Shown piece by piece: positions 47,207 to 55,171 of a stretch of 64,000 nucleotides of DNA. Under the pieces are notes generated by a model that saw only the letters and a program-made list of their open reading frames with translations, was not told where the DNA came from and searched no databases. The number at the start of each line of letters is the position of its first letter. Position 1 is the stretch's first letter. This DNA is from Lacrimispora sp. (lineage in GTDB: Bacteria; Bacillota; Clostridia; Lachnospirales; Lachnospiraceae), in contig NZ_DALYXB010000003.1 in the NCBI RefSeq assembly GCF_031982545.1, positions 240,334-304,333 on the forward strand. Direction: 5' to 3'. The position numbers were made by a program, and so were the translations under genes.

Positions 47207-47253
47207 TCCTCCATAAGTAGATTTTGGTTATTTACCATGTCTACTTATGGAGG
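47207..47253. repeat. Perfect 15-bp inverted repeat TCCTCCATAAGTAGA / TCTACTTATGGAGGA (17-nt loop)
   Basis: Read directly. It sits between the stop of the LURP-one-related gene and the OrfA remnant. On the minus strand it buries the GGAGGA of the remnant. It is a possible terminator or an IS-end relic. Confidence 0.6.
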
Positions 47254-47287
47254 ATCATATCATAAATCACTTGTGTTTTCTGCGTTT

Positions 47288-47764
47288 TTAATTTTTATTC
47301 TGACTGCATTTAACGGCATCAATGGCAAGAACCACCATCAGTGCCAGAAGAGCATCCCGTTCTTCTTCTACATCAATAATATAAGTATCCGTAAAACGGA
47401 ACAGCTGCTTTTCTATCTGTGCCACAACGCCACCTTCTCTGGAATATATGGAATAATCCCATTGAAAAAAATCACCTTTTACCTCCCAGCCATTACAGTC
47501 GATGTTGAATGAGGGGGTGAAAAAAGTAAATTCTTTTGTTATTGTTCCAACGGTTTCCCCGTTTATTATAATATAAAACCGGGGAAGAAATGTGAATATC
47601 TGCTCTTTCAAAGTAGCCAGATGACTGCCGTTTCTATTATAGATTTCCAACTTGTGCCCCCAGGCAGGTTTCCCGCTGACGGTGAAAACACAGCTTCCTT
47701 CCTCATCATAAATATCATAACTGTCAAACCAGGAAAAAAAGCGTTGCTGAAACATTAACTTCAT
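47288..47764 (-). CDS. LURP-one-related / YxjI (tubby C-terminal-like, DUF567) family protein
   Basis: MKLMFQQRFFSWFDSYDIYDEEG...KLEIYNRNG...ATLKEQIFTFLPRFYI...GETVGTITKEFTFF...F.I fits the repeated beta-hairpin pattern of the family. Confidence 0.7.
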   Translation of the reverse strand: MKLMFQQRFFSWFDSYDIYDEEGSCVFTVSGKPAWGHKLEIYNRNGSHLATLKEQIFTFLPRFYIIINGETVGTITKEFTFFTPSFNIDCNGWEVKGDFFQWDYSIYSREGGVVAQIEKQLFRFTDTYIIDVEEERDALLALMVVLAIDAVKCSQNKN

Positions 47765-47798
47765 TGTCTGTTCTCCTTTTATACTTTTTCAATCCCTA

Positions 47799-48674
47799 CT
47801 ATATCCAATCAACCATATTCTCTTTTATAAACGTTATCTCATGAATATAAAACTGTTGATGTCCTGATTCTTTCATATTAATAAACGGTTCACTTCCCTT
47901 TTTGCATTCCTCATCAAAAAGGATTACAAGATCCTGCAGCCGTAGAATCAGAGTCTGCAAAACCTCTGCAGCATTCCTCATGCCATAGCTGTCAAGAAAT
48001 TCATGAAGCAGCAGTTTCCTCTCCAGACTGTCTGTTGATTTGCTGTATCTGCGATATTGTCTGGTATTTATATCATATACTTCTTCACTGAGAGGCACAA
48101 AACGGTAAGCTGCATAAGCAACATCCCATATCCTTGGTGCGGGGCATGCCGTATCAAAATCAATTAACCCTACGGGCTTTAAATCTTGAAATGTAACATT
48201 ATACGGTGCAAAATCGTTATGGCAGATCACTTCTTTCTGTAATTCGCCTTTATATTCTAAAAACCAGATATCATCCGGATTCTGTATAAAATCAACAGTT
48301 CCATCGTGGAATTTTCTAAGCATTTCCGCTGCCATCCGAACTGTTGTAATTTTCTTACTGACCTCGTTTTGTATGGGATAATCATCAATTGTTTCACCCT
48401 CAACAAAGCTTACCATCTCCATATTATCCCCATTCATTCCAAGAAAGCGAGGTGTAAACCCGATCCCTTTTTCCTCCAGATACAACAACAGTCTGTGTAC
48501 GGATTTACTTTGAGGCTTTAAGTCTCTGTATACCACCTTGCCATCACTGAATACTTCTGAAATATTCCCTTTTTTCAAAGCGATCTTTTCATTATTAAAT
48601 TCTTCTCTCACACCACTCCCCCAAAATACATTCTTCGCACCTGGCCTTTCTGGCTGTGCAGACCTCTCTTCCAT
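47799..48674 (-). CDS. Aminoglycoside/choline-kinase-type phosphotransferase (APH family)
   Basis: Catalytic loop ICHNDFAPYNV and metal-binding GLIDFDTACPAPRIWD. The start is uncertain. The ATG at 48674 overlaps the nth remnant by 80 nt, and a GTG at 48611 preceded by GGGGAG is an alternative. Confidence 0.7.
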   Translation of the reverse strand: MEERSAQPERPGAKNVFWGSGVREEFNNEKIALKKGNISEVFSDGKVVYRDLKPQSKSVHRLLLYLEEKGIGFTPRFLGMNGDNMEMVSFVEGETIDDYPIQNEVSKKITTVRMAAEMLRKFHDGTVDFIQNPDDIWFLEYKGELQKEVICHNDFAPYNVTFQDLKPVGLIDFDTACPAPRIWDVAYAAYRFVPLSEEVYDINTRQYRRYSKSTDSLERKLLLHEFLDSYGMRNAAEVLQTLILRLQDLVILFDEECKKGSEPFINMKESGHQQFYIHEITFIKENMVDWI

Positions 48675-49217
48675 GATAAATCAGCTGAAAATTAATCCGG
48701 TTCCAGTGTTCCTCCGGTAATACCTTTTGAAGTTCCAGCTCCACTTTTACCGGATTCTTCCCCTCTGCCCAGCCCAGCCGTCTGGATATGCGGAAAACAT
48801 GGGTATCTACCGTAACTCCCGGAATTTCATACGCATCGGCAAGAAACAAAGTGGCTGTTTTTCGTCCCACTCCCGCCAGCTTTAACAGTTCCTCTATTTC
48901 TGACGGAACCTCACCATCATATTCGTTTTCAATCTGAGTGCAGCATTTCTTTAAATTCTTCGCTTTATTCTTATAAAGGCCAATGGAACGGATGGAAGCC
49001 TCAATCTCTTCCAGAGGTGCATCTGCCAGCTGGGCAGCAGTCTGAAACCGTTTACAAAAATCAGGAAGTACCTCTTCTACCTGCTTATCTGTACTCTGTG
49101 CACTAAGCTAATCGCTGCAAGCAGCTGCCAGTGCTGATCATGATAAAACCCTTCCTTTGTAACTCCGTATACGTCATCCAGCTTTTTAAGAATTGCACCA
49201 ATGTTATCTTCTGTCAT
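48595..49217 (-). pseudogene. nth: Endonuclease III (nth) disrupted by a single-nucleotide frameshift
   Basis: Frame A from the ATG at 49217 reads MTEDNIGAILKKLDDVYGVTKEGFYHDQHWQLLAAI, then runs out of frame to a TAG at 49077-49079. Frame B resumes with LSAQSTDKQVEEVLPDF...LYKNKAKNL...LAGVGRKTATL...VDTHVFRISRRLGW...CTARKARCEECILGEWC (HhH-GPD plus a 4Fe-4S cluster loop) and ends at 48595. GCGATTAGCTTAGTGCACAG would read AI(M)LSAQ if one T were restored in ATT-A(T)G-CTT near 49107-49110. Confidence 0.8.
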
Positions 49218-49222
49218 CTGCT

Positions 49223-50488
49223 TTAGTCCTTTCCTCTCTTTTTTCCGGTGGAAATTTCATCAGAATCAAACAGCTTTATGATACCGTATTCCCCGTCATA
49301 GCCAGGTATTCGTTCCACTTTTCCATCCCGCAGCCGGCTCACTCCTTCTGCAATCATGGGATCTGATCTCTTTCTGATGTCTTCCAGGGGAATCTCTCTT
49401 AATATATCAAATTCTGATCCCAGCCCACGCAGCAGTTCATAGTACTGATTTTGAACCTTTTTACTCGTTGCAGAATACCCCAGGCAGGCAGCGATCACCT
49501 CCGGCAGCGGAACCAGACTCTCAAACGGCTTTCCCTGGGGTAATACAAAGCCCTCACCCCGGTCAGACAGCTGTTTAATCCGGTTGGATACTCCCATGGT
49601 CAGTTTTCCACCGCACACCGGGCACCTGCCGGAATGCTGTTCTGCCTCAGAAGGTGAAAAGCAGATCCCGCATTTTCTGTGACCGTCGTGGTGGTATTTT
49701 CCTTCTTCAGGGAAGAATTCAATGGTTCCCATTAATCCACTGCCACTGGTTAACGCATGAGAAAGTCCGCCAAAGGACAGTTCGATGTCCAAAAGGCTGG
49801 CTTCCCTGCCAAGCTTTGCAGGAGAATGGGCATCGGAGTTGGAGATCAGCTGAAAACGGTCCAGCGCCGATATGCTCCAGATCATGGAGGGATCAGAAGA
49901 AAGTCCGGTTTCCAATGTATGGATATGAGGAGTCAGATCTTCGAAACACTCTTCTATGGTATCAAAGCCGGAACATGCTCCGAACAGGGAGAAATGTGGC
50001 GTCCAGATATGAGCGGGGATATAAACCGCCCTGGGATCTGTTTCCAGCATCATTTCCAGAAGATCGTGGCAGTCAAGTCCTAAGATGGGCCTGCCGTCCG
50101 ATCGGATATTGCCCACAGCCTCAAGTTTCATGGAAAGCTGCTCTGCCGCATGAAGTCCTGGCAGGAGAAGAAGGCTGTGTACCTTTCTGGTCTTTCCGTT
50201 CTTTTTATAAATGGAACTGATTTCTCCGGAAATAACAAAGCGGGGGATCAGGGAACCGAAGGAGTTTTCTCCCTCCAGACGGTACTCCTCCTTTAACACA
50301 TAAAGCCCTTCTTCCGCCGGAATCAGTTTCTCTTTTAACTCTGCTCTCCATGCCGGATGAGTAAAATCACCGGTTCCGAGAATCCCGATTCCTTTTCGTC
50401 TGGCCCAAAGATCCAGCTGCTCCGGTGTGCAGTCCCTGCTGGTTGCCATGGAATACCTGGAGTGGATATGTAAATCTGCTATGTACAT
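49223..50488 (-). CDS. PHP-domain endonuclease Q-like protein (EndoQ family)
   Basis: MYIADLHIHSRYSMATSRD...GTGDFTHP is a PHP motif. A C-terminal zinc knuckle CGICF...CPVCGGKLTMGVSNRI follows. The ~420-aa size and architecture match EndoQ as described for Pyrococcus and Bacillus pumilus. Confidence 0.7.
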   Translation of the reverse strand: MYIADLHIHSRYSMATSRDCTPEQLDLWARRKGIGILGTGDFTHPAWRAELKEKLIPAEEGLYVLKEEYRLEGENSFGSLIPRFVISGEISSIYKKNGKTRKVHSLLLLPGLHAAEQLSMKLEAVGNIRSDGRPILGLDCHDLLEMMLETDPRAVYIPAHIWTPHFSLFGACSGFDTIEECFEDLTPHIHTLETGLSSDPSMIWSISALDRFQLISNSDAHSPAKLGREASLLDIELSFGGLSHALTSGSGLMGTIEFFPEEGKYHHDGHRKCGICFSPSEAEQHSGRCPVCGGKLTMGVSNRIKQLSDRGEGFVLPQGKPFESLVPLPEVIAACLGYSATSKKVQNQYYELLRGLGSEFDILREIPLEDIRKRSDPMIAEGVSRLRDGKVERIPGYDGEYGIIKLFDSDEISTGKKRGKD

Positions 50489-50589
50489 TCATTCACCTGC
50501 TTTTGTCAATATAGAATCGATTATACCCTGCTTCCCACCCTCACGCAATAAGTAATCTCTTCCTGTTTTTTTCCATAGAGAAAGGGGCA

Positions 50590-51006
50590 TTATCTGCCCC
50601 TGTGCTTCTCCTTTTTCTTTTGCTGTTTCTGATCAAACTTTTGCTGTGCTTTTGCCTCCCTCGCTTTCCGGGATAAAAGCTTCCGCGCCAGTTTTCCCTC
50701 TTCCTGCTGCAATTTCAGCGCCTGCTGGGATTTCGTACTGATTCCTGTGTTTTGGATCTGCCTGCGGACTTCCCGCAAAATCCGTTTGGGATTCTTACTA
50801 CTTTCTTTTACAGCAGCTTCAACAGCCGGACTAAACCTCAGCCTGTAGTAATTCTTAAGAAGGAACTCATTTACCTCATAATCCCTGGGCTCTGGCCCGA
50901 ATGTAATTTTGCTTACAAACAGTTTTCCATCCACTTCCCGCTCCAGAATGCCTACCCAAAAGGGCTCCTCAAAAAATACTGAAAATCCAACCGAAACCTT
51001 GTCCAT
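50590..51006 (-). CDS. yjdF: YjdF / DUF2992 family protein
   Basis: FSVFFEEPFWVGILEREVDGKLFVSKITFGPEPRDYEVNEFLLKNYYRLRFSP plus a Lys/Gln-rich basic tail, as in B. subtilis YjdF from memory. Confidence 0.6.
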   Translation of the reverse strand: MDKVSVGFSVFFEEPFWVGILEREVDGKLFVSKITFGPEPRDYEVNEFLLKNYYRLRFSPAVEAAVKESSKNPKRILREVRRQIQNTGISTKSQQALKLQQEEGKLARKLLSRKAREAKAQQKFDQKQQKKKEKHRGR

Positions 51007-51148
51007 AACAATTCCTCCTATTCTTGTTTCGACAAAGAACGGACGACCAGGAGGAGGGTTACTTAGAAACGGAGGGAAACCGTTTCCGTCCGGACTACCA
51101 ACCGGATCTCCATGACAGATGCCATGGGCTGTGTTTTTATCTTTGCTT
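51007..51148 (-). ncRNA. Structured 5' leader of the yjdF homologue; candidate yjdF-class (azaaromatic) riboswitch
   Basis: Minus-strand stems: CCATG/CATGG, TCCGG/CCGGA, GAAACGG/CCGTTTC and long-range GGACG/CGTCC. The anti-SD strings CCCTCC and CCCTCCTCC are complementary to the RBS AGGAGGA. An extended -10 TGATATAAT lies at 51154-51162. Class assignment rests on gene association only. Confidence 0.45.
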
Positions 51149-51159
51149 TCTAAATTATA

Positions 51160-51555
51160 TCATTTCTGTGAAGATATTAAAAGATTTTCATTTCCAATAA
51201 TGGCCAGCATTTCATCCAGCAGAAGAAGACAGCCGTCATAAATTGCCTTGATCCCATCGCCACTTAGCCCGTCCACATGAATTCCGCAGATACAGACTGT
51301 GGTATGATTGAATCTGACCGCAATTTTTTCCGCAAAAATCCTTGCCAGCTCATCGTCTTTATGACCCAGACAGTTTAGAACGGAAGAAGTCGCGCTTAAT
51401 CCTTCTCCCGTCAGACTGGCTCTTGGAATTGACAGAACAGTACTGCCAATATGAGGGCGATCTCCGCCGTACAGCAATACAGTCAGATCCTCTCCCATTG
51501 GTATGACGTCACATTGGATGTTGATTTGATCCATTACTTTTTTAAGCGTTATCAT
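51160..51555 (-). CDS. LpdD-like small subunit/chaperone of UbiD-type phenolic acid decarboxylases
   Basis: The ~131-aa protein MITLKKVMDQ...LLYGGDRPHIGSTVL...LGHKDDELA...ICGIHVD resembles the LpdD family as I recall it. The ATG at 51555 follows GAGGTGGG and overlaps the ubiX stop by 14 nt. Confidence 0.6.
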   Translation of the reverse strand: MITLKKVMDQINIQCDVIPMGEDLTVLLYGGDRPHIGSTVLSIPRASLTGEGLSATSSVLNCLGHKDDELARIFAEKIAVRFNHTTVCICGIHVDGLSGDGIKAIYDGCLLLLDEMLAIIGNENLLISSQK

Positions 51556-52123
51556 TGGATTCCCACCTCTTGAATCCGGGAATAAAAATCCCAGCAGCAT
51601 CTAGAATTTTACATGCAAGATGAAAGTTTACGTCCTCCAGTGACCTGGGTCTGCTGTAGTAAGAAATAACCGGAGGCAGTATGGTAACATTCTGCACACC
51701 GGATAAATACTCCATATTTCTTAAATGAATCTGGCTGAGCGGGGTTTCTCTTGTCACTAATATAAGACGGCGTTTTTCTTTTATTGTCACATCTGCAGCC
51801 CGAAGCAGCAGATTATCAGAGTAACCATTTGCAATTCCTGCCACTGTCTTCATACTGCAGGGAACCACGATCATACCTTCCGTCCGAAAGGTACCACTGG
51901 CTATGGAAGCACCAATATCTTTGCAGTCGTAACACACATCTGCCAGTCCTGTAAATTCTTCCAGCGACAGATCCGTCTCATGTAAAACCGTCTCCTCGCC
52001 ACCTCTGCTGATCACCAGATGAGTTTCATATTCCGGAATTTTTTTAAGCTCCTTTAAGCATACCTCTGCCAGGGGGGCACCACTGGCCCCACTGACAGCA
52101 AGTATGATCCGTTTCTTCTCCAT
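51542..52123 (-). CDS. ubiX: UbiX-family flavin prenyltransferase
   Basis: RIILAVSGASGAPLA, MIVVPCSMKTVAGIANGYSDNLLLRAADVTIKE. Confidence 0.9.
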   Translation of the reverse strand: MEKKRIILAVSGASGAPLAEVCLKELKKIPEYETHLVISRGGEETVLHETDLSLEEFTGLADVCYDCKDIGASIASGTFRTEGMIVVPCSMKTVAGIANGYSDNLLLRAADVTIKEKRRLILVTRETPLSQIHLRNMEYLSGVQNVTILPPVISYYSRPRSLEDVNFHLACKILDAAGIFIPGFKRWESNDNA

Positions 52124-52127
52124 AGGC

Positions 52128-52856
52128 TTATAACAGGCTCAAAATTACATGAGACCAGAAATAAGAAAACGGCATGACAAGTACCATGGCAGGCAGCATA
52201 TTCGCTATGGGAAATGATTTGATCCCAGAAATACGAAGACCAGTAGCCAGCATTAATATGCCACCACAAGCGGTAAAATCGTTTAGCATTTCCTTTGTTG
52301 TCATCGGCATGATAAAAGAAGCGCTGAGAAACAACGTCAAAAGGACAATAAACTGGGGAACGCATACGGTGCACGTAATAAATCCAAGGCTTGCTGCAAA
52401 AATGCCAGCTGTAAAAAAATCAAGGATCGACTTGGAGAACAGAATCGTATGATCCCCAGTCATTCCCGCCTGCAATGCACCAAATATTCCGGTTCCGCTT
52501 GCGCAAAACAGGACGACGATGCTGACAAGCCTCTGCATGAACTCCTCCTGACTTAACCCAGTCCCTTTTCCGGAAAACATCTTTGAAATAGGGGTCTGCA
52601 CCTTCTGGGCTGCAGCTGTGATCCCCCATTCCAGATGAATCAGTTCACCGATTGCAGTTCCAATGATTACCGCAAACACAACTGCAGGAAGATACGTCAG
52701 TTTTACGATGGAAGCGATTCCCATGGACATGGAAGCGACTCCGAATATCAACGTGAGGTTATCACGAAGATGACCAGGTATTTTATTTCCTAATAAAGCT
52801 CCGGCAGCGCCGCCTGTCAGCACTGCCAGACTGTTAACAATTACTCCGATTGGCAT
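52128..52856 (-). CDS. DUF554 (YdfK/YqgA) family membrane protein
   Basis: MPIGVIVNSLAVLTGGAAGALLG...IFGVASMSMGI is a typical DUF554 N-terminus. The protein has multiple TM segments. Confidence 0.75.
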   Translation of the reverse strand: MPIGVIVNSLAVLTGGAAGALLGNKIPGHLRDNLTLIFGVASMSMGIASIVKLTYLPAVVFAVIIGTAIGELIHLEWGITAAAQKVQTPISKMFSGKGTGLSQEEFMQRLVSIVVLFCASGTGIFGALQAGMTGDHTILFSKSILDFFTAGIFAASLGFITCTVCVPQFIVLLTLFLSASFIMPMTTKEMLNDFTACGGILMLATGLRISGIKSFPIANMLPAMVLVMPFSYFWSHVILSLL

Positions 52857-52897
52857 ATGTATCCCTCTTATGTATTTAGTGAAAATCCAGTAACAAT

Positions 52898-54376
52898 CTA
52901 GTTAATATCCGGCACCCAGTGGGAAGGATCTACATCCATAAATTTCGCTCGTTTAAAACGGCTTTTCTGATCAAATGGAACAGTACAGTCAAAAATGGTT
53001 TTGCAGGCGATTCCATGATCTCGTATGGAAGGTGAGATAGAGGGATCGTTGGAGGGATCCAGTGGATGACAGCGTACTCCCGGAATGCATACAATACCGG
53101 AATCTCCCTGCATACGGGTATTCATCGCCCAGATAACATCATTGATATCAAAGGGATCCACATCCTCATCAACAAGAAATACATGCTTTAATTCACTGAA
53201 TGCTGAGAACGCAAGCAGTGCCGCCTGTCGTTGTCTTCCCTCATCACTGGGTATCTTTTTACAGAACTGAAGAACAGCCATATATTTTCCGCCGCCGCTT
53301 GACGCACAGTATACATTCAACAGCTTCCCAGGCATGGCCTTTTCCACCATCTGAATAATGCTGGCTTCTGTAGGAATCCCTGCCATGCTTACATGCTCCT
53401 CGCTTGGTCCGATACAGGTCTGCATGATGGGATTGATTCTGTGGGTCACTGCCTTTACCTTAATAACGGGCAGTTCCGGATTGGCAGGGCCTGTATAACC
53501 TGGAAATTCCGGCATGGCTTTCCCTGTATTGGTATTCTGATCCTCTCTTACCCGAACCCCTGGAAGCAGTTCCCCTTCTATTACATACTCTGCATTGGCA
53601 ATGCAGTTTTCCTCTATGGTAATACATGGTGTCAGTTCCACCGGCTCTTTGCGGATCGCACCGGCAATCTCCAGCTCATTAAATCCCAGAGGCGTTGTAG
53701 GCGGTTCAAAACAGGAAGCGATTTCAATGGCAGGATCCACGCCGATGCTGATCGAGATGGGAAGGGGCTTACCTGCTGCCTCTGCCTTCTCACGGAAAAC
53801 GCTTAAATGTCTGGCACCCGGTACAAAGTACATGGAAATCTCGTCCTTACTCTGAATACACAGGCGGTGAATGGTAACATCTGAAATCTTTGATTCCGGA
53901 TCGGAAGCGTAGCACATTCCCAATGTAATATAAGGTCCTGCGTCTTCTTCTGTATTGGTTGGAGCTGGAACCAATTTACGTAAATCAAAATCAGGATCGG
54001 TGGCATAATGAACTACTTCCTGGCATTTTGCTTCTTTCTGATCAATAACCACTGGTTTTATGGGATGATTCACCGCATCGTTTAACATATGACCCAGGCG
54101 CTCCGGCGCCTCATTAAGCAGATATCCCACTCGCTTCCGGCTTGCCAGTAAACCAATTGCCACTCTTGCTCCCTCATGACCCGTTACCTGATTAAATACC
54201 ATAGCAGGGCCTTCTTTTGTGGGGCGCATAACTGTTCCGCCGGCACCCACATGGCGGTAAACGCCGGAAAGTTCGGCATGAGGATGAACTTCAACATCCG
54301 TTTCAATGAGCTGACCCGGAATTGATGCTAAAAGTTCTAATGCTGAACGTAAATCATTTACTTTTATCTCTGACAT
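52898..54376 (-). CDS. UbiD-family (prenylated-FMN dependent) aromatic acid decarboxylase
   Basis: 492 aa, typical UbiD/LpdC/BsdC length. N-terminal DLRSALELL...G, central GxxxH/E-rich prFMN-binding region. Encoded together with ubiX and the LpdD-like gene. Confidence 0.85.
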   Translation of the reverse strand: MSEIKVNDLRSALELLASIPGQLIETDVEVHPHAELSGVYRHVGAGGTVMRPTKEGPAMVFNQVTGHEGARVAIGLLASRKRVGYLLNEAPERLGHMLNDAVNHPIKPVVIDQKEAKCQEVVHYATDPDFDLRKLVPAPTNTEEDAGPYITLGMCYASDPESKISDVTIHRLCIQSKDEISMYFVPGARHLSVFREKAEAAGKPLPISISIGVDPAIEIASCFEPPTTPLGFNELEIAGAIRKEPVELTPCITIEENCIANAEYVIEGELLPGVRVREDQNTNTGKAMPEFPGYTGPANPELPVIKVKAVTHRINPIMQTCIGPSEEHVSMAGIPTEASIIQMVEKAMPGKLLNVYCASSGGGKYMAVLQFCKKIPSDEGRQRQAALLAFSAFSELKHVFLVDEDVDPFDINDVIWAMNTRMQGDSGIVCIPGVRCHPLDPSNDPSISPSIRDHGIACKTIFDCTVPFDQKSRFKRAKFMDVDPSHWVPDIN

Positions 54377-54505
54377 AATAAATCCTCCTTTTTTTAATTA
54401 TTGCCTGTTACATTAACTATGCACTATATTGCGACTATACAGTCAAGCGGATTTATACTATAATCAGACATATAAAAATAAATGATTATGACAGCGTGAG
54501 GATAT

Positions 54506-55171
54506 ATGATGAAAACTATGAGTAAGAAGCAACGGATCCTGATTGGGAGTGCCCCGTTTCTTTGCATTTCCATGTTATTACTGATCCCTTATTTAACTGT
54601 TAAAATGGGAAAAACAGCCGGATATGTCACAGGGTTTTGTATCTACTGGTTTCTCTTCTGCCTGCCTGTTTCTGCATATTGTTCTGGTGGTTTCACCCGG
54701 TTGAAAGAGATTTACCGCCAAAGATCTAATATAACAGCAAGAATGAAAACAATTTATTATTTCTTAGCATTAATACCTTGTATTGCCACCTTTTTCGCTG
54801 TATTTAAAAATATCGCTCCAAATGCTGGTTTTCAGGTTTTGATCCTTGCTCTGGTATTCGGAATGATAAACGGTACATTGGAAGAGATGTTCTGGAGGGG
54901 AATTTTTAATAAGATTTTTGATGATCAGATGATTTGGGCTTATCTTTACCCATCGTTATTTTTTGGAATCTGGCATATTGCATTATACTTAGCAAAGGGT
55001 ATCGTATACCAGGGCGGAGGTGGTTCCCTGGTTGGAGGTTCTCTTTTCATGGGACTCTTATGGGGGCTTGCTGCCTATAAAACAAAATCTGTTAAAATTG
55101 TGACAGCAGCCCATATCATAACTAATTTTTTTGCTTTTACAGGTCTCATATATCAGAACTGGTTTATGTAA
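54506..55171 (+). CDS. CPBP family intramembrane glutamic endopeptidase (CAAX protease/Abi family)
   Basis: Motif 1 EEMFWRG, motif 2 FGIWH, motif 3 HIITNF. Polytopic membrane protein. Confidence 0.75.
   Translation: MMKTMSKKQRILIGSAPFLCISMLLLIPYLTVKMGKTAGYVTGFCIYWFLFCLPVSAYCSGGFTRLKEIYRQRSNITARMKTIYYFLALIPCIATFFAVFKNIAPNAGFQVLILALVFGMINGTLEEMFWRGIFNKIFDDQMIWAYLYPSLFFGIWHIALYLAKGIVYQGGGGSLVGGSLFMGLLWGLAAYKTKSVKIVTAAHIITNFFAFTGLIYQNWFM

Noticed and set aside
48595-48870. The 91-aa ORF listed as a separate small gene
   Set aside because: It is the C-terminal part (HhH-GPD end plus iron-sulfur loop) of the frameshifted nth gene. The frame is open upstream to about 49106 and is colinear with full-length Nth.
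44245-51150. Possibility that the accessory stretch is a prophage, ICE or intact transposon
   Set aside because: I saw no integrase/recombinase, terminase, capsid, relaxase or conjugation genes, no flanking tRNA, and no convincing direct repeats. Only a 38-codon transposase stub remains.
52054-52629. Alternative-frame ORFs over the DUF554/ubiX junction (52054-52374, 52174-52452, 52420-52629)
   Set aside because: They overlap well-supported genes (UbiX, DUF554) completely. They are probably chance ORFs in a hydrophobic-codon-rich region.
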